Sequence record: NZ_CP040051.1
Source: a plasmid
Length of the DNA: 64,000 bases
Strand: one strand, 5' to 3'
Each line of letters begins with the position of its first letter. Within the stretch, counting starts at the first letter, position 1. A program made the position numbers and the translations under genes. This document shows, piece by piece, positions 1 to 11,542 of this stretch. The notes beneath the pieces were generated by a model. That model saw nothing but the letters and a program-made list of their open reading frames with translations, did no database searches and was not told where the DNA came from.

Positions 1-2
1 AT

Positions 3-1799
3 TATACGGGGGTTATTACCTTAGAAGCAGTAGACCGTAAAACTTGGTCGAAGTGGGAAGACGATGAATGGCTGATTGATGATCTTGATTATAAGCCCTA
101 CTTTGTCGTGGATGGTCAGCAGCGATTAACGACAGCGATTATTTTAATACAGGCGATTATTGAAACAGTTCCTGAAGGAAAAAGTATCGCAAATCAGTTT
201 GTTTCTGATTTAAAGGCAAAGTTTGTTCAAAAAAAACCAACGGATGGCATTCGTGAAAGTTATATCTTCGGCTATGAAAAAGATAATCCAAGTGATGAGT
301 TTTTAAGAACTAAAATTTTTGGTTTGCAGTCTCATACTAATCAATTGCAGGAAACGCTGTATACACGCAATTTATTCAATGCAAAGAAATTCTTTAAAGA
401 AAAATTAGCGGAACTGAGCTTTGAAGAAATCACGGTTTTGTACAAAAAATTGACGCAAAAATTGCGTTTTAACTTGTATGAAATTGATGATGAGATCGAC
501 GTATTTGTTACATTTGAAACCATGAATAATCGTGGCAAATCCTTGACCAATTTGGAATTACTGAAAAACCGATTGATTTATCTGTCGACATTATATCGTG
601 ACAATCAGGGGCGTTCTAAGCTTCGAAAAAATATTAATGATGCGTGGAAAACCATTTATGAGTATCTAGGTAAAAATCCTGAAAAACCTTTGCCAGATGA
701 TGAGTTCTTAAAGAACCATTGGATTATGTATTTCAAGTATAGTCGGGAAAAAGGGGATGATTATAAAAAATTCCTGTTGGATGAAAAATTTAATGCCCGT
801 TGTATCACGCATCCAAAAAATGCCCAGGACACCTTGAAAATTGAAGAGATTCAGGATTATGTAGCAAGTCTTCAACAGTCTGTTATGAATTGGTTCTATT
901 TACATAATCCTTATTTCCCAGTAGCAAATAATCTTTCTGATGATGAGCAATTATGGCTAGATCGACTAGGACGTTTGGGTTTTAATGCATTTAGACCTCT
1001 AATCTTAGCTGCTTATAATACCAATACTCCTGCAACCAAGATCTCTGAATTGCTGAAAGTTGCAGAGCGGTTTGCTTTTACTTTATTTAGTTTGAGTCAA
1101 CGACGTGCCAATACAGGAGACTCAGCAATTTATGGTTTAGCACGTGAGCTTTTAACCGGGAGAAACACAATCGATGCAACGATTAATTCAATAGAGGGAT
1201 TAATCACACGATTCTTTGATCCACATAACTATTTCACTTATATCGAAGACAAATACAAGTTTAGGGATGGATTCTACTCATGGAAGGGTATTCGTTATTT
1301 CCTTTATGAATATGAACATTATCTCAAAGAGAAAGGAAAGAATCCTACAACCAAATTAATGTGGAATGAGTTTACTGAAAGCTTGGAGGGTTATGTAACT
1401 TTAGAGCATATCTATCCACAAAAAGATACAGATCCATACTGGGTTAGTAAATTTGGCCATCTTGATGGGCAACAACGAAAATGGCTTACACATTCTTTAG
1501 GTAACTTATTGCCATTATCTCGTTCAAAAAATTCTTCATTACAAAATGACAGTTTTGATTTAAAGAAAAATAATGACGAAGGTATTGGATATTACAATGG
1601 ATCTGTTTCGGAAAATGAAGTCAATCTTAAGAATGATTGGACACCACAAGAAATCTTAGAACGAGGTCTAGAGCTACTTCGTTTTATGGAGGAAAGATGG
1701 GACGTTCAATTAGGAGATGAAGCATTTAAACGAAAACTACTTCACCTTGATAGTATCCAGATATTTGTTCCTCAAGATCAAAAAGAGGTAGTTGCATGA
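3..1799 (+). CDS. GmrSD-family type IV restriction-like protein (DUF262 N-terminal, DUF1524 His-Me finger C-terminal), BrxU-like; 5' end lies outside the window
   Basis: The ORF is open to the window edge. DGQQRLTT motif of DUF262 near the N-terminus; C-terminal LEHIYPQ...GNLLPLSRSKNSSLQN resembles the DUF1524 His-Me finger. Stop overlaps the pglZ start (ATGA). Confidence 0.6.
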   Translation, partial: YTGVITLEAVDRKTWSKWEDDEWLIDDLDYKPYFVVDGQQRLTTAIILIQAIIETVPEGKSIANQFVSDLKAKFVQKKPTDGIRESYIFGYEKDNPSDEFLRTKIFGLQSHTNQLQETLYTRNLFNAKKFFKEKLAELSFEEITVLYKKLTQKLRFNLYEIDDEIDVFVTFETMNNRGKSLTNLELLKNRLIYLSTLYRDNQGRSKLRKNINDAWKTIYEYLGKNPEKPLPDDEFLKNHWIMYFKYSREKGDDYKKFLLDEKFNARCITHPKNAQDTLKIEEIQDYVASLQQSVMNWFYLHNPYFPVANNLSDDEQLWLDRLGRLGFNAFRPLILAAYNTNTPATKISELLKVAERFAFTLFSLSQRRANTGDSAIYGLARELLTGRNTIDATINSIEGLITRFFDPHNYFTYIEDKYKFRDGFYSWKGIRYFLYEYEHYLKEKGKNPTTKLMWNEFTESLEGYVTLEHIYPQKDTDPYWVSKFGHLDGQQRKWLTHSLGNLLPLSRSKNSSLQNDSFDLKKNNDEGIGYYNGSVSENEVNLKNDWTPQEILERGLELLRFMEERWDVQLGDEAFKRKLLHLDSIQIFVPQDQKEVVA

Positions 1800-4420
1800 A
1801 TCTGGATCAATTACAAAAAGGTCTGGAACAGGCTTTCTACACTGAAAAACATCGAATTGTCTTCTGGTACGATGCGGAACAGTCATTTACTGAAGAAATC
1901 AAAGCCCTAGAGCTAAATGATGTCCAGATTCTGAATATGGCAGAAGAGTCGAGTCTGGCGATCAAGCTCAAACTGGAACTGCAAGATCAGCAGGGCAAAT
2001 ACCTGCTGTATTTCCCAAGTGCTGAGCCTGAAACCGAAAAAGACTGGTTACTGGACATCAAGCTCTATTCACGCAGCTTCTATGCCGATCGTTTCTCGAT
2101 TATTTTCAATGAGCTGGGTTTACAGCAGCAGAGTCTAAGAGAACATCTGGCCAAACGTGAAGAATTCCTCAAAGCCAAAGCTCGTCTGAGTACATTGAAA
2201 CGCTATATCCAGCCTGATGCAGATGAACAGAATCTGGATATGGCCATGATTGCAGCTGTGGTCAAGGCTGACAGTGCCGAACTCATGCATATCGTTCTGG
2301 CACTGGCAGATGAAATGGTACAGCAGAACCTGGCTCTGGAAGTCAATCCAGAATCCTTTGCTGAACTGGAAAAGTTCCAACTAGTGCCAGCTTTAGTCAC
2401 AGCATTACAGGCGGAAATTGGTTATCCAGCATCGGTTGAAGAATTGAATGGGGAAGCACCATTCAAGCTCGGTACGTTCTTTATCCGTTTGATGACTACA
2501 GGTTTCTGTGAAAGCTTGGGCGATATCCCCGTATGGGCTCAGGAACTGGTGATGTCATCCGTCAGCTCCCGTGCGACGGCTAGAGCCTTTTTGTCGCGCT
2601 GGAGAGACAGTTCTAAATACTACCCAACCTTCGATACACTCTCCCAGACCGTGGCAAATGCACTGCGGATCCAAGAAAAGGTCGGGGTCTTTGATCTGGA
2701 GCAACTGCTCGATGTCATGACTTTTGAAGTGATTGAACAAAAGATCATTGTCGATCTGGCCAGCCAGATCCCTGCAGCAACCAAAGCTGAACTGGAACAT
2801 TTCAGAACGATTATTTCTACACGTCTGGATGGCTATTGGGCTTCCAAACATAAGGACGATGCAACCCGCCGTAAATACCGTACCGTCTATACAGCGTTGC
2901 AGGCAGCGATTGAGCTGTTCAGTTTACGACTACAGTTTGATTCCGGTTTCTATTTTGACTCCAGCGAAGCCTTGTATAAAGCCTATGAACAGGAGCTGTA
3001 TCGCTTTGATATGGCCTATCGTCATTACAGTGCAGCCTCTCAGCGAGCTCATGTTGATATCCTGAAAAAACTCGATGAAGAAGTCGAAAATTGCTATTCC
3101 TACTGGTTTATTGATCACCTGGCACGAAACTGGGGGGGTCGGATTGAAGCTGAGCAACGCTTGAATGTCTGGAAAGTGGCAGATATCCCAAATCAGCAGA
3201 ACTTCTACGATACCCACGTCAGACCCTTACTCAATTCTGCAACGAAACGCCGTATTGTGGTAATTATCAGTGATGCTTTTCGCTATGAAGCTGCGGTAGA
3301 GCTGCGTGATCGTATCAATGAAAAGCGTTATTCCGAAGCGACCTTGTCTTCACAGCTAGGCGTTGTTCCAAGTTACACCACACTTGGCATGGCCTCGTTG
3401 TTGCCGCATCAGACTTTGGAGTACAAAGAGGCCGCAGGGGATGATGTTTTAGTAGATGGGCAGTCCAGCAAAGGGACTGCAGCACGATCCAAAATTCTGG
3501 CTGCCTATAATGGATTGGCGGTTACCGCTGAAACGGTAAAAGGTTGGTCGCGTGATGAAGGCCGTGAAGCGCTGAAAGATCATGAGCTGATTTACGTTTA
3601 TCACAACGTGATTGATGCTCGGGGAGACAGTGCCTCGACAGAATCAGAAACCTTTATGGCGGTGGAACATGCCATTGAAGAGCTGACTGAACTTAGCCGC
3701 AAAATCTTGATGCATTTCAATATTTCTACCCTGTTGATCACAGCCGACCATGGCTTCTTGTTCCAGCAAAGTAAACTGGAATCTGCGGATCGTTCAAGCT
3801 TGACTGAAAAACCGACCAATGCATTGAAAAGCAAAAAACGCTATGTGATTGGGCATGGTTTACCAGAGAGCAAAGAAGCATGGAAAGGCTCAACCCAAGC
3901 TACGGCAGGCACACGATCTGCGACTGATTTCTGGATTCCAAAAGGGGCGAACCGTTTCCATTTTGTAGGAGGCTCACGTTTCGTGCATGGCGGCATCATG
4001 CCTCAGGAAATCGTAGTGCCTGTACTAACGGTAAAACAGCTGCGTGGTGAAAAGGCTGGACAGCGGACCAAGCGTAAAGTTGAGGTCATTTCTACCAAAT
4101 CCACGCTGAAAATGGTCAATAACATCCAGAAGTTTGATTTGATGCAAACTGAAGCTGTCAGTGAGCTGGTCATGCCAGTGACCCTGTCGATTGCCATTTA
4201 TGATGGGGATATCAAAGTATCTAGTGAAGAAACCTTGACCTTTGATAGCAGTACCGACTCTGTTGCCGATCGGGTTAAACAGGTCAGGCTGTCATTGTCC
4301 GGTACTGATTTTGACCGTAAGAAGGATTACTTCCTAGTGCTGAAGGACAAAGACCTGAATATCGAAATGCAACGCTATAAGGTCACCATTGATCTGGCAT
4401 TTACCGATGACTTCTCCTGA
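1796..4420 (+). CDS. pglZ: BREX PglZ (alkaline-phosphatase-superfamily protein)
   Basis: 874 aa. Sits immediately upstream of brxL with translational coupling, matching the terminal pglZ-brxL arrangement of type 1 BREX; size as expected for PglZ. Confidence 0.55.
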   Translation: MNLDQLQKGLEQAFYTEKHRIVFWYDAEQSFTEEIKALELNDVQILNMAEESSLAIKLKLELQDQQGKYLLYFPSAEPETEKDWLLDIKLYSRSFYADRFSIIFNELGLQQQSLREHLAKREEFLKAKARLSTLKRYIQPDADEQNLDMAMIAAVVKADSAELMHIVLALADEMVQQNLALEVNPESFAELEKFQLVPALVTALQAEIGYPASVEELNGEAPFKLGTFFIRLMTTGFCESLGDIPVWAQELVMSSVSSRATARAFLSRWRDSSKYYPTFDTLSQTVANALRIQEKVGVFDLEQLLDVMTFEVIEQKIIVDLASQIPAATKAELEHFRTIISTRLDGYWASKHKDDATRRKYRTVYTALQAAIELFSLRLQFDSGFYFDSSEALYKAYEQELYRFDMAYRHYSAASQRAHVDILKKLDEEVENCYSYWFIDHLARNWGGRIEAEQRLNVWKVADIPNQQNFYDTHVRPLLNSATKRRIVVIISDAFRYEAAVELRDRINEKRYSEATLSSQLGVVPSYTTLGMASLLPHQTLEYKEAAGDDVLVDGQSSKGTAARSKILAAYNGLAVTAETVKGWSRDEGREALKDHELIYVYHNVIDARGDSASTESETFMAVEHAIEELTELSRKILMHFNISTLLITADHGFLFQQSKLESADRSSLTEKPTNALKSKKRYVIGHGLPESKEAWKGSTQATAGTRSATDFWIPKGANRFHFVGGSRFVHGGIMPQEIVVPVLTVKQLRGEKAGQRTKRKVEVISTKSTLKMVNNIQKFDLMQTEAVSELVMPVTLSIAIYDGDIKVSSEETLTFDSSTDSVADRVKQVRLSLSGTDFDRKKDYFLVLKDKDLNIEMQRYKVTIDLAFTDDFS

Positions 4421-4449
4421 TAACGAATTAACGATAGAGCGTAGCCTAC

Positions 4450-6489
4450 ATGGAATCTGCTAACGATAAAGAACTGGATCAGCTGCTGAATGAACACTTT
4501 GCTGGGCGGGTGGTACGTAAGGATCTGACTAAACTGATCAAAGAAGGGGCAAATGTCCCTGTCTATGTACTCGAATACCTGCTAGGGATGTACTGTGCCT
4601 CGGATGATCCAGAGATCATTGAACAGGGACTACGTAACGTAAAGACCGTACTGGCTGAGAACTACGTCCGACCGGATGAAGCCGAGAAGGTGAAATCCCT
4701 GGTCCGTGAACGGGGCAGTTATAAGGTCATTGATCGGGTGACTGTAAAACTGAATGAGCGTAAAGACAAATACGAAGCATCATTTAGTAATCTGGGCATC
4801 AAAGATGCCGAAATCTCGGCAGGCATCGTCAAAGAGTATGAAAAATTACTTGTTGGTGGTATCTGGGTCATTGCTACGCTCAGTTATTATTTTGAAGAAG
4901 GACAACCCAATTCTCCATTTGGGGTGAGCTTACTCAAGCCGATTCAAATGCCGAATATGAATATGGATGAACTCTTCAGTGGCAGAGCAGCATTAAGCAC
5001 GGATCAGTGGCGCGAGAGTTTAATCCGTTCGATCGGCATGGAACCGGCTTCGCTAAAAGAGGACGTGCAATGGCACCTATTAGCGCGTATGGTTCCGTTC
5101 GTTGAAAATAACTATAACGTTTGTGAATTGGGACCACGTGGTACCGGGAAAAGCCATATTTACAAAGAGTGTTCACCGAATAGTATTTTAGTCTCCGGTG
5201 GGCAAACCACTGTCGCCAATCTGTTCTATAACATGAGTAGCCGCCGTATTGGTCTGGTGGGGTTGTGGGATGTGGTGGCTTTTGATGAAGTTGCCGGTAT
5301 TTCCTTTAAGGACAAAGATGGCGTTCAGATCATGAAAGACTTCATGGCCTCAGGATCTTTTGCCCGTGGTCGTGAACAGATGGAAGCCTCAGCTTCGATG
5401 GTTTTTGTGGGTAATATTAACCAAAGTGTTGAATCCTTGGTGAAGACTAGCCACTTATTGGCTCCTTTTCCTGAAGCAATGATCGATTCAGCATTCTTTG
5501 ATCGCTTTCATGCCTATATCCCGGGTTGGGAAATTCCAAAAATGCGTCCGGAATTCTTTACTAACCGTTATGGTCTAATCGTTGATTATCTGGCTGAATT
5601 CTTCCGGGAAATGCGTAAGCGTAGTTTTGCGGATGCCATTGAGAAGTACTTTAAGCTCGGCAACAACCTGAATCAGCGCGATGTGATTGCCGTTCGCAAG
5701 ACGGTTTCCGGATTGATGAAGCTGCTCTACCCACACGGTCAGTTTAATAAAGAAGATGTACGCCTGTGTCTGGAATATGCACTGCAGGTCCGCCGTCGCG
5801 TCAAAGAGCAGCTGAAGAAAATTGGTGGCATGGAATTCTATGACGTTCATTTCAGCTATATCGATAATGATACCTTAGAAGAACATTTTGTCTCAGTCAA
5901 AGAGCAGGGTGGTGGCGGACTGATTCCAGATGGTCCAGCGAAACCAGGTTTTCTGTATACCATCGGACTCAGTAATAAAGGCATGCCTGGCTTGTATCGC
6001 TTAGAGCTTCAAGTCACCAAAGGCTCAGGTAAGCTTGCAACTTCAGGCCTCTGGAACTCCAGCAGTGCCAAAGAACAAGTCAAGATTGCCTTTGACTACT
6101 TCAAAGCGAACGCCTCTAGAATATCGGGTGGCAGCAAAGTCATGGAGCATGACTTCCATCTGCATGTGGTGGAATTACAGAATACCGGGCCACTTAGTCA
6201 TCTGGCTTTGCCGAGTCTAGTCGCTTTTGCTTCAGGCTTGCTCGGACGGTCAGTACAGAATCAGATGGTGGTCCTGGGAGATATGAGCCTGGGTGGAAAC
6301 GTCACACCGGTTGAAAGTATTGCTGAATGTCTTCAGGTTGCATTCGATGCCGGAGCCAAGAAAGTCGCTTTACCGATGAGCAGTGCGGCAGATATCCCAA
6401 CCATTCCAGTTGAACTATTTACTAAGTTCCAGACCAGCTTTTATGCAGATCCGGTAGATGCTGTGTTTAAGGGGCTAGGGGTGGATTAA
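4450..6489 (+). CDS. brxL: BREX BrxL, Lon-like protease/AAA+ protein
   Basis: 679 aa. N-terminal HFAGRVVRKDLTKLIKEGANVPVYVLEYLLGMYC is characteristic of BrxL. Walker A GPRGTGKSH; Lon-protease-like C-terminal domain. Confidence 0.7.
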   Translation: MESANDKELDQLLNEHFAGRVVRKDLTKLIKEGANVPVYVLEYLLGMYCASDDPEIIEQGLRNVKTVLAENYVRPDEAEKVKSLVRERGSYKVIDRVTVKLNERKDKYEASFSNLGIKDAEISAGIVKEYEKLLVGGIWVIATLSYYFEEGQPNSPFGVSLLKPIQMPNMNMDELFSGRAALSTDQWRESLIRSIGMEPASLKEDVQWHLLARMVPFVENNYNVCELGPRGTGKSHIYKECSPNSILVSGGQTTVANLFYNMSSRRIGLVGLWDVVAFDEVAGISFKDKDGVQIMKDFMASGSFARGREQMEASASMVFVGNINQSVESLVKTSHLLAPFPEAMIDSAFFDRFHAYIPGWEIPKMRPEFFTNRYGLIVDYLAEFFREMRKRSFADAIEKYFKLGNNLNQRDVIAVRKTVSGLMKLLYPHGQFNKEDVRLCLEYALQVRRRVKEQLKKIGGMEFYDVHFSYIDNDTLEEHFVSVKEQGGGGLIPDGPAKPGFLYTIGLSNKGMPGLYRLELQVTKGSGKLATSGLWNSSSAKEQVKIAFDYFKANASRISGGSKVMEHDFHLHVVELQNTGPLSHLALPSLVAFASGLLGRSVQNQMVVLGDMSLGGNVTPVESIAECLQVAFDAGAKKVALPMSSAADIPTIPVELFTKFQTSFYADPVDAVFKGLGVD

Positions 6490-6597
6490 TTTCATATCTG
6501 TCTGGAAGAGTTACAGTAGATTGTTTTAAATTCAGTTTCTCAAGTTAAACACCATGTTGTAAAAGCATAATACTGCCTCTTTTAAAGAGCTAGTATT

Positions 6598-6918
6598 TTA
6601 GGGGGGGATTACCGCTGCAGGTCGCAATTTTCCCCGATGTTCTATATAAAAATTCTCTGTTAGACGTTCAAAAAAATCATGTATATCTTGTGTAGTATTA
6701 TTTAATTGAGCAAAGACGTCCTTCAAAGAAAGCACATAAGCCTGAAAATTTTTAACTAGTATGTCGCTGTTTTTACATCCCCCATGACCATCCACTACGT
6801 AACAAAAATATAGATTTTCATTATCAGTAAGGTTCCCTACAGCATCGATTCCAAATTTTTCTGGTGCGCTAAGATTCTGACATAAGGAAAAGGAGTTTAT
6901 TAATATGCTTTTGGCCAT
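6598..6918 (-). CDS. PP2C-like Ser/Thr phosphatase N-terminal fragment (106 aa)
   Basis: FCYVVDGHGG matches the PP2C signature motif. ORF stops in a G7 homopolymer and converges on the brxL end, so no room for a full PP2C domain. Confidence 0.3.
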   Translation of the reverse strand: MAKSILINSFSLCQNLSAPEKFGIDAVGNLTDNENLYFCYVVDGHGGCKNSDILVKNFQAYVLSLKDVFAQLNNTTQDIHDFFERLTENFYIEHRGKLRPAAVIPP

Positions 6919-7054
6919 TGTTTTATGATCGCTTGAATTACTTGTAAAGCTCTTTCTCTTGAGCCAAATCTACATTGATCTTCCATTATGATTTCAAAAT
7001 CAGTTAATTCAGTGAGTTTTTTAAATTGATCAGATAAGTAATCTTTGAGTTCTT

Positions 7055-7872
7055 GGCACTGTTGCAAATAGGGATCTGAGTCGATGATTTTCCCTTCAAA
7101 AAAGCTTAGAGACCGAAAACTCTATTTACTAGCCAAACTTCTCCTAGAATATTACCGTTATAAAATAATGAAGCTTGTCCTTTGCGTAGAGCACGCATAA
7201 CCTCAATACCTTTAATTGTGGCATAAGCCGTTTTCATAGACTTGAATCCCAACGTAGCCTTGATGATCCGTTTGAGCTTGCCATGATCACATTCAATCAC
7301 GTTATTCTTGTATTTAATCTGTCGATGCTCCAGGTCTTCAGGACACTTTCCTTCCTGTTTTAGTCGCGACAAAGCACGGCCATAGGTATGAGCCTTATCA
7401 GTGTTTATGACTCGTGGAATCTGCCATTTTTTGACATGATTCAAAATCTTACCAAGAAAACAATAAGCTGAATGGGTATTTCGTCTAGCAGAAAGATAGA
7501 AATCAAGAGTATGGCCACGTTGGTCAACTGCACGGTATAGATATGCCCATTTGCCATTCACTTTTACGTAAGTTTCATCCAGATGCCATAAATGTCGATC
7601 TGTAGGATTACGCCAATACCAACGTAAACGTTTTTCCATTTCTGGAGCATAACGCTGAACCCAACGGTAAATAGTCGTGTGATCAACATTCACACCCCGT
7701 TCGGCCAGCATTTCCTGCAGTTCACGATAGCTAATGCCATATTTACAATACCAGCGCACAGCCCAAAGAATGATTTCGCCCTGAAAATGCCGACCATGGA
7801 AAGGATTCATATGCTGCACCTTTAGCTAAAACAGTCTTCAGCTTACCATTCGTGGTTATTTGCAACAGTGCC
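7055..7872 (-). mobile_element. IS6-family insertion sequence, IS1006-like (818 bp)
   Basis: Terminal inverted repeats GGCACTGTTGCAAA at 7055 and its reverse complement ending 7872. Internal 237 aa transposase. No 8 bp direct repeats in the flanks. Confidence 0.75.
7106..7819 (-). CDS. IS6-family DDE transposase
   Basis: [50 protein letters not shown]... is about 60-70% identical to the IS26 Tnp26 in this window. Confidence 0.85.
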   Translation of the reverse strand: MQHMNPFHGRHFQGEIILWAVRWYCKYGISYRELQEMLAERGVNVDHTTIYRWVQRYAPEMEKRLRWYWRNPTDRHLWHLDETYVKVNGKWAYLYRAVDQRGHTLDFYLSARRNTHSAYCFLGKILNHVKKWQIPRVINTDKAHTYGRALSRLKQEGKCPEDLEHRQIKYKNNVIECDHGKLKRIIKATLGFKSMKTAYATIKGIEVMRALRKGQASLFYNGNILGEVWLVNRVFGL

Positions 7873-7989
7873 AACGTAAGAAACATGGACCTGAATATCG
7901 TCGCCAATGGCGTAAGCTTCATGTGAGTTCTAATTAACTATGCGACATTCCAAACAACCATGCGATAAGGCTTGCTCAAGGGAATTTAG

Positions 7990-8298
7990 ATGAAAAAAAC
8001 AAATGTCCATATCTTCATTTGGAAATTTGTAATTGGATTATTCTTTTTTAGTTTTCTTATGACTTATGTTCACTCAAATGCTGAAATTACAAATTTATCA
8101 ATGTTGTTTTATGGGTTTAAGGTAGGTCTGTGGTTTGCAACTATTGCTACCACTTTGATTTGTGTATTGCTCGGTTTAGCAAAGCTCTTAAACAATAAAC
8201 CTGAGAAAAATGAGCTTATTTACTCATGGTTTTATACATCGACAAAATATACGCTAGTGTTTGTTTGCACATTAGCTGTTGCTATTTTTGTCGCATAG
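7990..8298 (+). CDS. hypothetical small membrane protein (3 predicted TM helices)
   Basis: ORF with hydrophobic segments. No recognisable motif. Confidence 0.35.
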   Translation: MKKTNVHIFIWKFVIGLFFFSFLMTYVHSNAEITNLSMLFYGFKVGLWFATIATTLICVLLGLAKLLNNKPEKNELIYSWFYTSTKYTLVFVCTLAVAIFVA

Positions 8299-8411
8299 TT
8301 AAGTGTAATTTTTTTGGTCTTATCGCAACATTGATTAGTAAATTTGTCGCACAGTTCTTTAGAATATTGAATGTATTTTATTGATATTTTATAAAACTGT
8401 CGCTTAGTAAA

Positions 8412-8912
8412 TTGGAACTGACACTTCATATTGGCATCGATGCTGAAACCTTGCAAATACGTGCAGTACAGCTTACTACAAATAATGTGAGCGATTCGCA
8501 AGTACTCGGTGATTTACTTGCTCAAATTCCCTTAGATGAACGAATTGATTCGGTCTATACCGATGGTGCTTATGACACGAAGCACTGCAGACAAGTCATT
8601 CTAGATCGAGATGCACATGCGCTCATTCCGCCAAGAAAAAATGCAAAACCATGGAAAGATCAGAAATTGAGATCTTTAGAGCGGAATGAGTTACTGAAAA
8701 CAGTTAAACGTTTAGGAAGAACGCTTTGGAAAAAATGGTCTGGTTATCATCGTCGAAGTTTAGTTGAAACCAAGATGCATTGCATCAAACTATTAGGTGA
8801 TAAATTAACAGCAAGGAGTTTTTCTAGTCAGGTGAATGAGATTCATGCACGCATAGCCGTATTGAACAAATTTACAGAATTAGGTCGTCCTCATACCCAA
8901 GTTGTCACTTGA
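8412..8912 (+). pseudogene. IS5-family transposase, C-terminal fragment
   Basis: DSVYTDGAYDTKHCRQ...IPPRKNAKPWK...WSGYHRRSLVETKMHC matches the C-terminal DDE region of IS5/IS903-group transposases. N-terminal half is missing. Confidence 0.6.
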
Positions 8913-9116
8913 ATTCTGTTCAAATGAGCAGAGTGTTATCTTTTAAATCTTTGTGCAACAAAGCCCATCAGCTCTACGATGTTAATTTAAAAAAAACTAA
9001 AAACAGGGATAGAAAATTTTCGCTAAAGAGCTTTTTGATTTTCGATTTATAAAAAATATTGCTTTTTTTATACTATGGGGTACTATAGTATAAAAGCTAG
9101 CAAATAAGGAGGTCTG

Positions 9117-9392
9117 ATGCCTAATCAGGTTGAAGACAAAAAAAAGATTCTTCTACGCGTCAGAAGGATCAAAGGTCAGACGCAAGCGATTGAAAAAGCG
9201 TTAGAAGACAATGTGGAATGTGGTGCAATTCTGCAACAAATATGCTCTGTGCGTGGTGCTATTAATGGTTTAATGAATGAAATGCTGGAGGTTCATTTAA
9301 AGGACACTTTAGTATCAGGTGAAACCACAGAACAACAACGAAAAGAAGAATTGGCTGAAATCGCCAAGATTCTAAAATCATATTTAAAATAG
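9117..9392 (+). CDS. frmR: FrmR/RcnR (CsoR-like DUF156) metal/formaldehyde-responsive repressor
   Basis: 91 aa with an ...ECGAILQQICSVRGAINGLMNEML... helix pattern of the FrmR/RcnR family. Immediately upstream of frmA. Confidence 0.7.
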   Translation: MPNQVEDKKKILLRVRRIKGQTQAIEKALEDNVECGAILQQICSVRGAINGLMNEMLEVHLKDTLVSGETTEQQRKEELAEIAKILKSYLK

Positions 9393-10526
<1,134 letters not shown>

Positions 10527-10658
10527 TTCCGTCAGACCTTATAGTTTTCCATGCATGTGCATCATGAATGACATGCATGGAATCCTCTAAAACGGCACAT
10601 TATCTGTAAAACCGATCTATCTGTGTAGGCATCGTGTATAGGTTCAACAAACCTGCCT

Positions 10659-11477
10659 GGCACTGTTGCAAATAGAGATTTGAGTCGATGAAGTTCCTTT
10701 TTAAAAGTGCTTAGAGACCGAAAACCCTGTTGATTAGACACACTTCACCTTGAGGCTGACCATAATAAAATGACGATGCTTGTCCTTTACGTAGTGCACG
10801 CATGACTTCAATACCTTTAATTGTGGCATAAGCCGTCTTCATAGATTTGAATCCTAATGTGGCCCTGATGATCCGCTTTAACTTACCATGATCACATTCA
10901 ATGACATTATTTTTATACTTAATCTGCCTGTGCTCAATATCTACTGGACATTTTCCTTCTCGCTTTAACCGTGATAAAGCATGGCCATAGGTCGCTGCTT
11001 TATCTGTATTGATGACCCGTGGAATTTGCCATTTTTTCACCGTATTGAAGATCTTTCCTAAAAACAATAGGCTGATTTACTGTTCCGTCTAGCGGAAAGG
11101 TAAAAGTCAATCGTATGACCACGTTGATCAACTGCACGATACAGGTAAGTCCATCGCCCCTTCACTTTGATATAAGTCTCATCCATATGCCATGAATGTA
11201 AATCTGTAGGATTACGCCAATACCAGCGTAAGCGTTTTTCCATTTCTGGAGCATAACGCTGAACCCAACGATAAATTGTGGTGTGGTCAACATTCACACC
11301 TCGTTCAGCGAGCATTTCTTGAAGTTCACGATAGCTGATGCCATATTTACAATACCAACGAACAGCCCAAAGAATGATTTCACCTTGAAAGTGCCGACCA
11401 TGGAAGGGATTCATCTGCTGTATCTCGAAATAAATAAGATATTTAGCTTATCATGTCAGCCTATTTGCAACAGTGCC
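10659..11477 (-). mobile_element. IS6-family insertion sequence, IS1008-like (819 bp) with frameshifted transposase
   Basis: IR GGCACTGTTGCAAA at 10659, reverse-complement IR ending 11477. Same orientation as the IS1006-like copy. Confidence 0.75.
10711..11414 (-). pseudogene. IS6-family transposase split into two ORFs (10711-11067 and 11058-11414)
   Basis: The two ORFs together align over the full length of the 7106-7819 transposase, so there is one frameshift. Confidence 0.7.
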
Positions 11478-11542
11478 TTCTATAATCCACAACTTTTTCT
11501 GAAGGGGTTTTAACCAGCTTGCCCCCATTTCTTTTACTTGGT

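Noticed and set aside
2135-4197. Multiple 60-110 aa ORFs inside pglZ on both strands
   Set aside because: They are embedded in a long, coherent ORF with translational coupling to brxL; no independent signals.
7047-7880. 8 bp target-site duplications flanking the IS6-family elements and the IS26 copies
   Set aside because: Flanks (GAGTTCTT / AACGTAAG; ACCTGCCT / TTCTATAA) do not match. This is expected for IS6-family elements that arrived by cointegration, conservative transposition or homologous recombination, so no TSD is reported.
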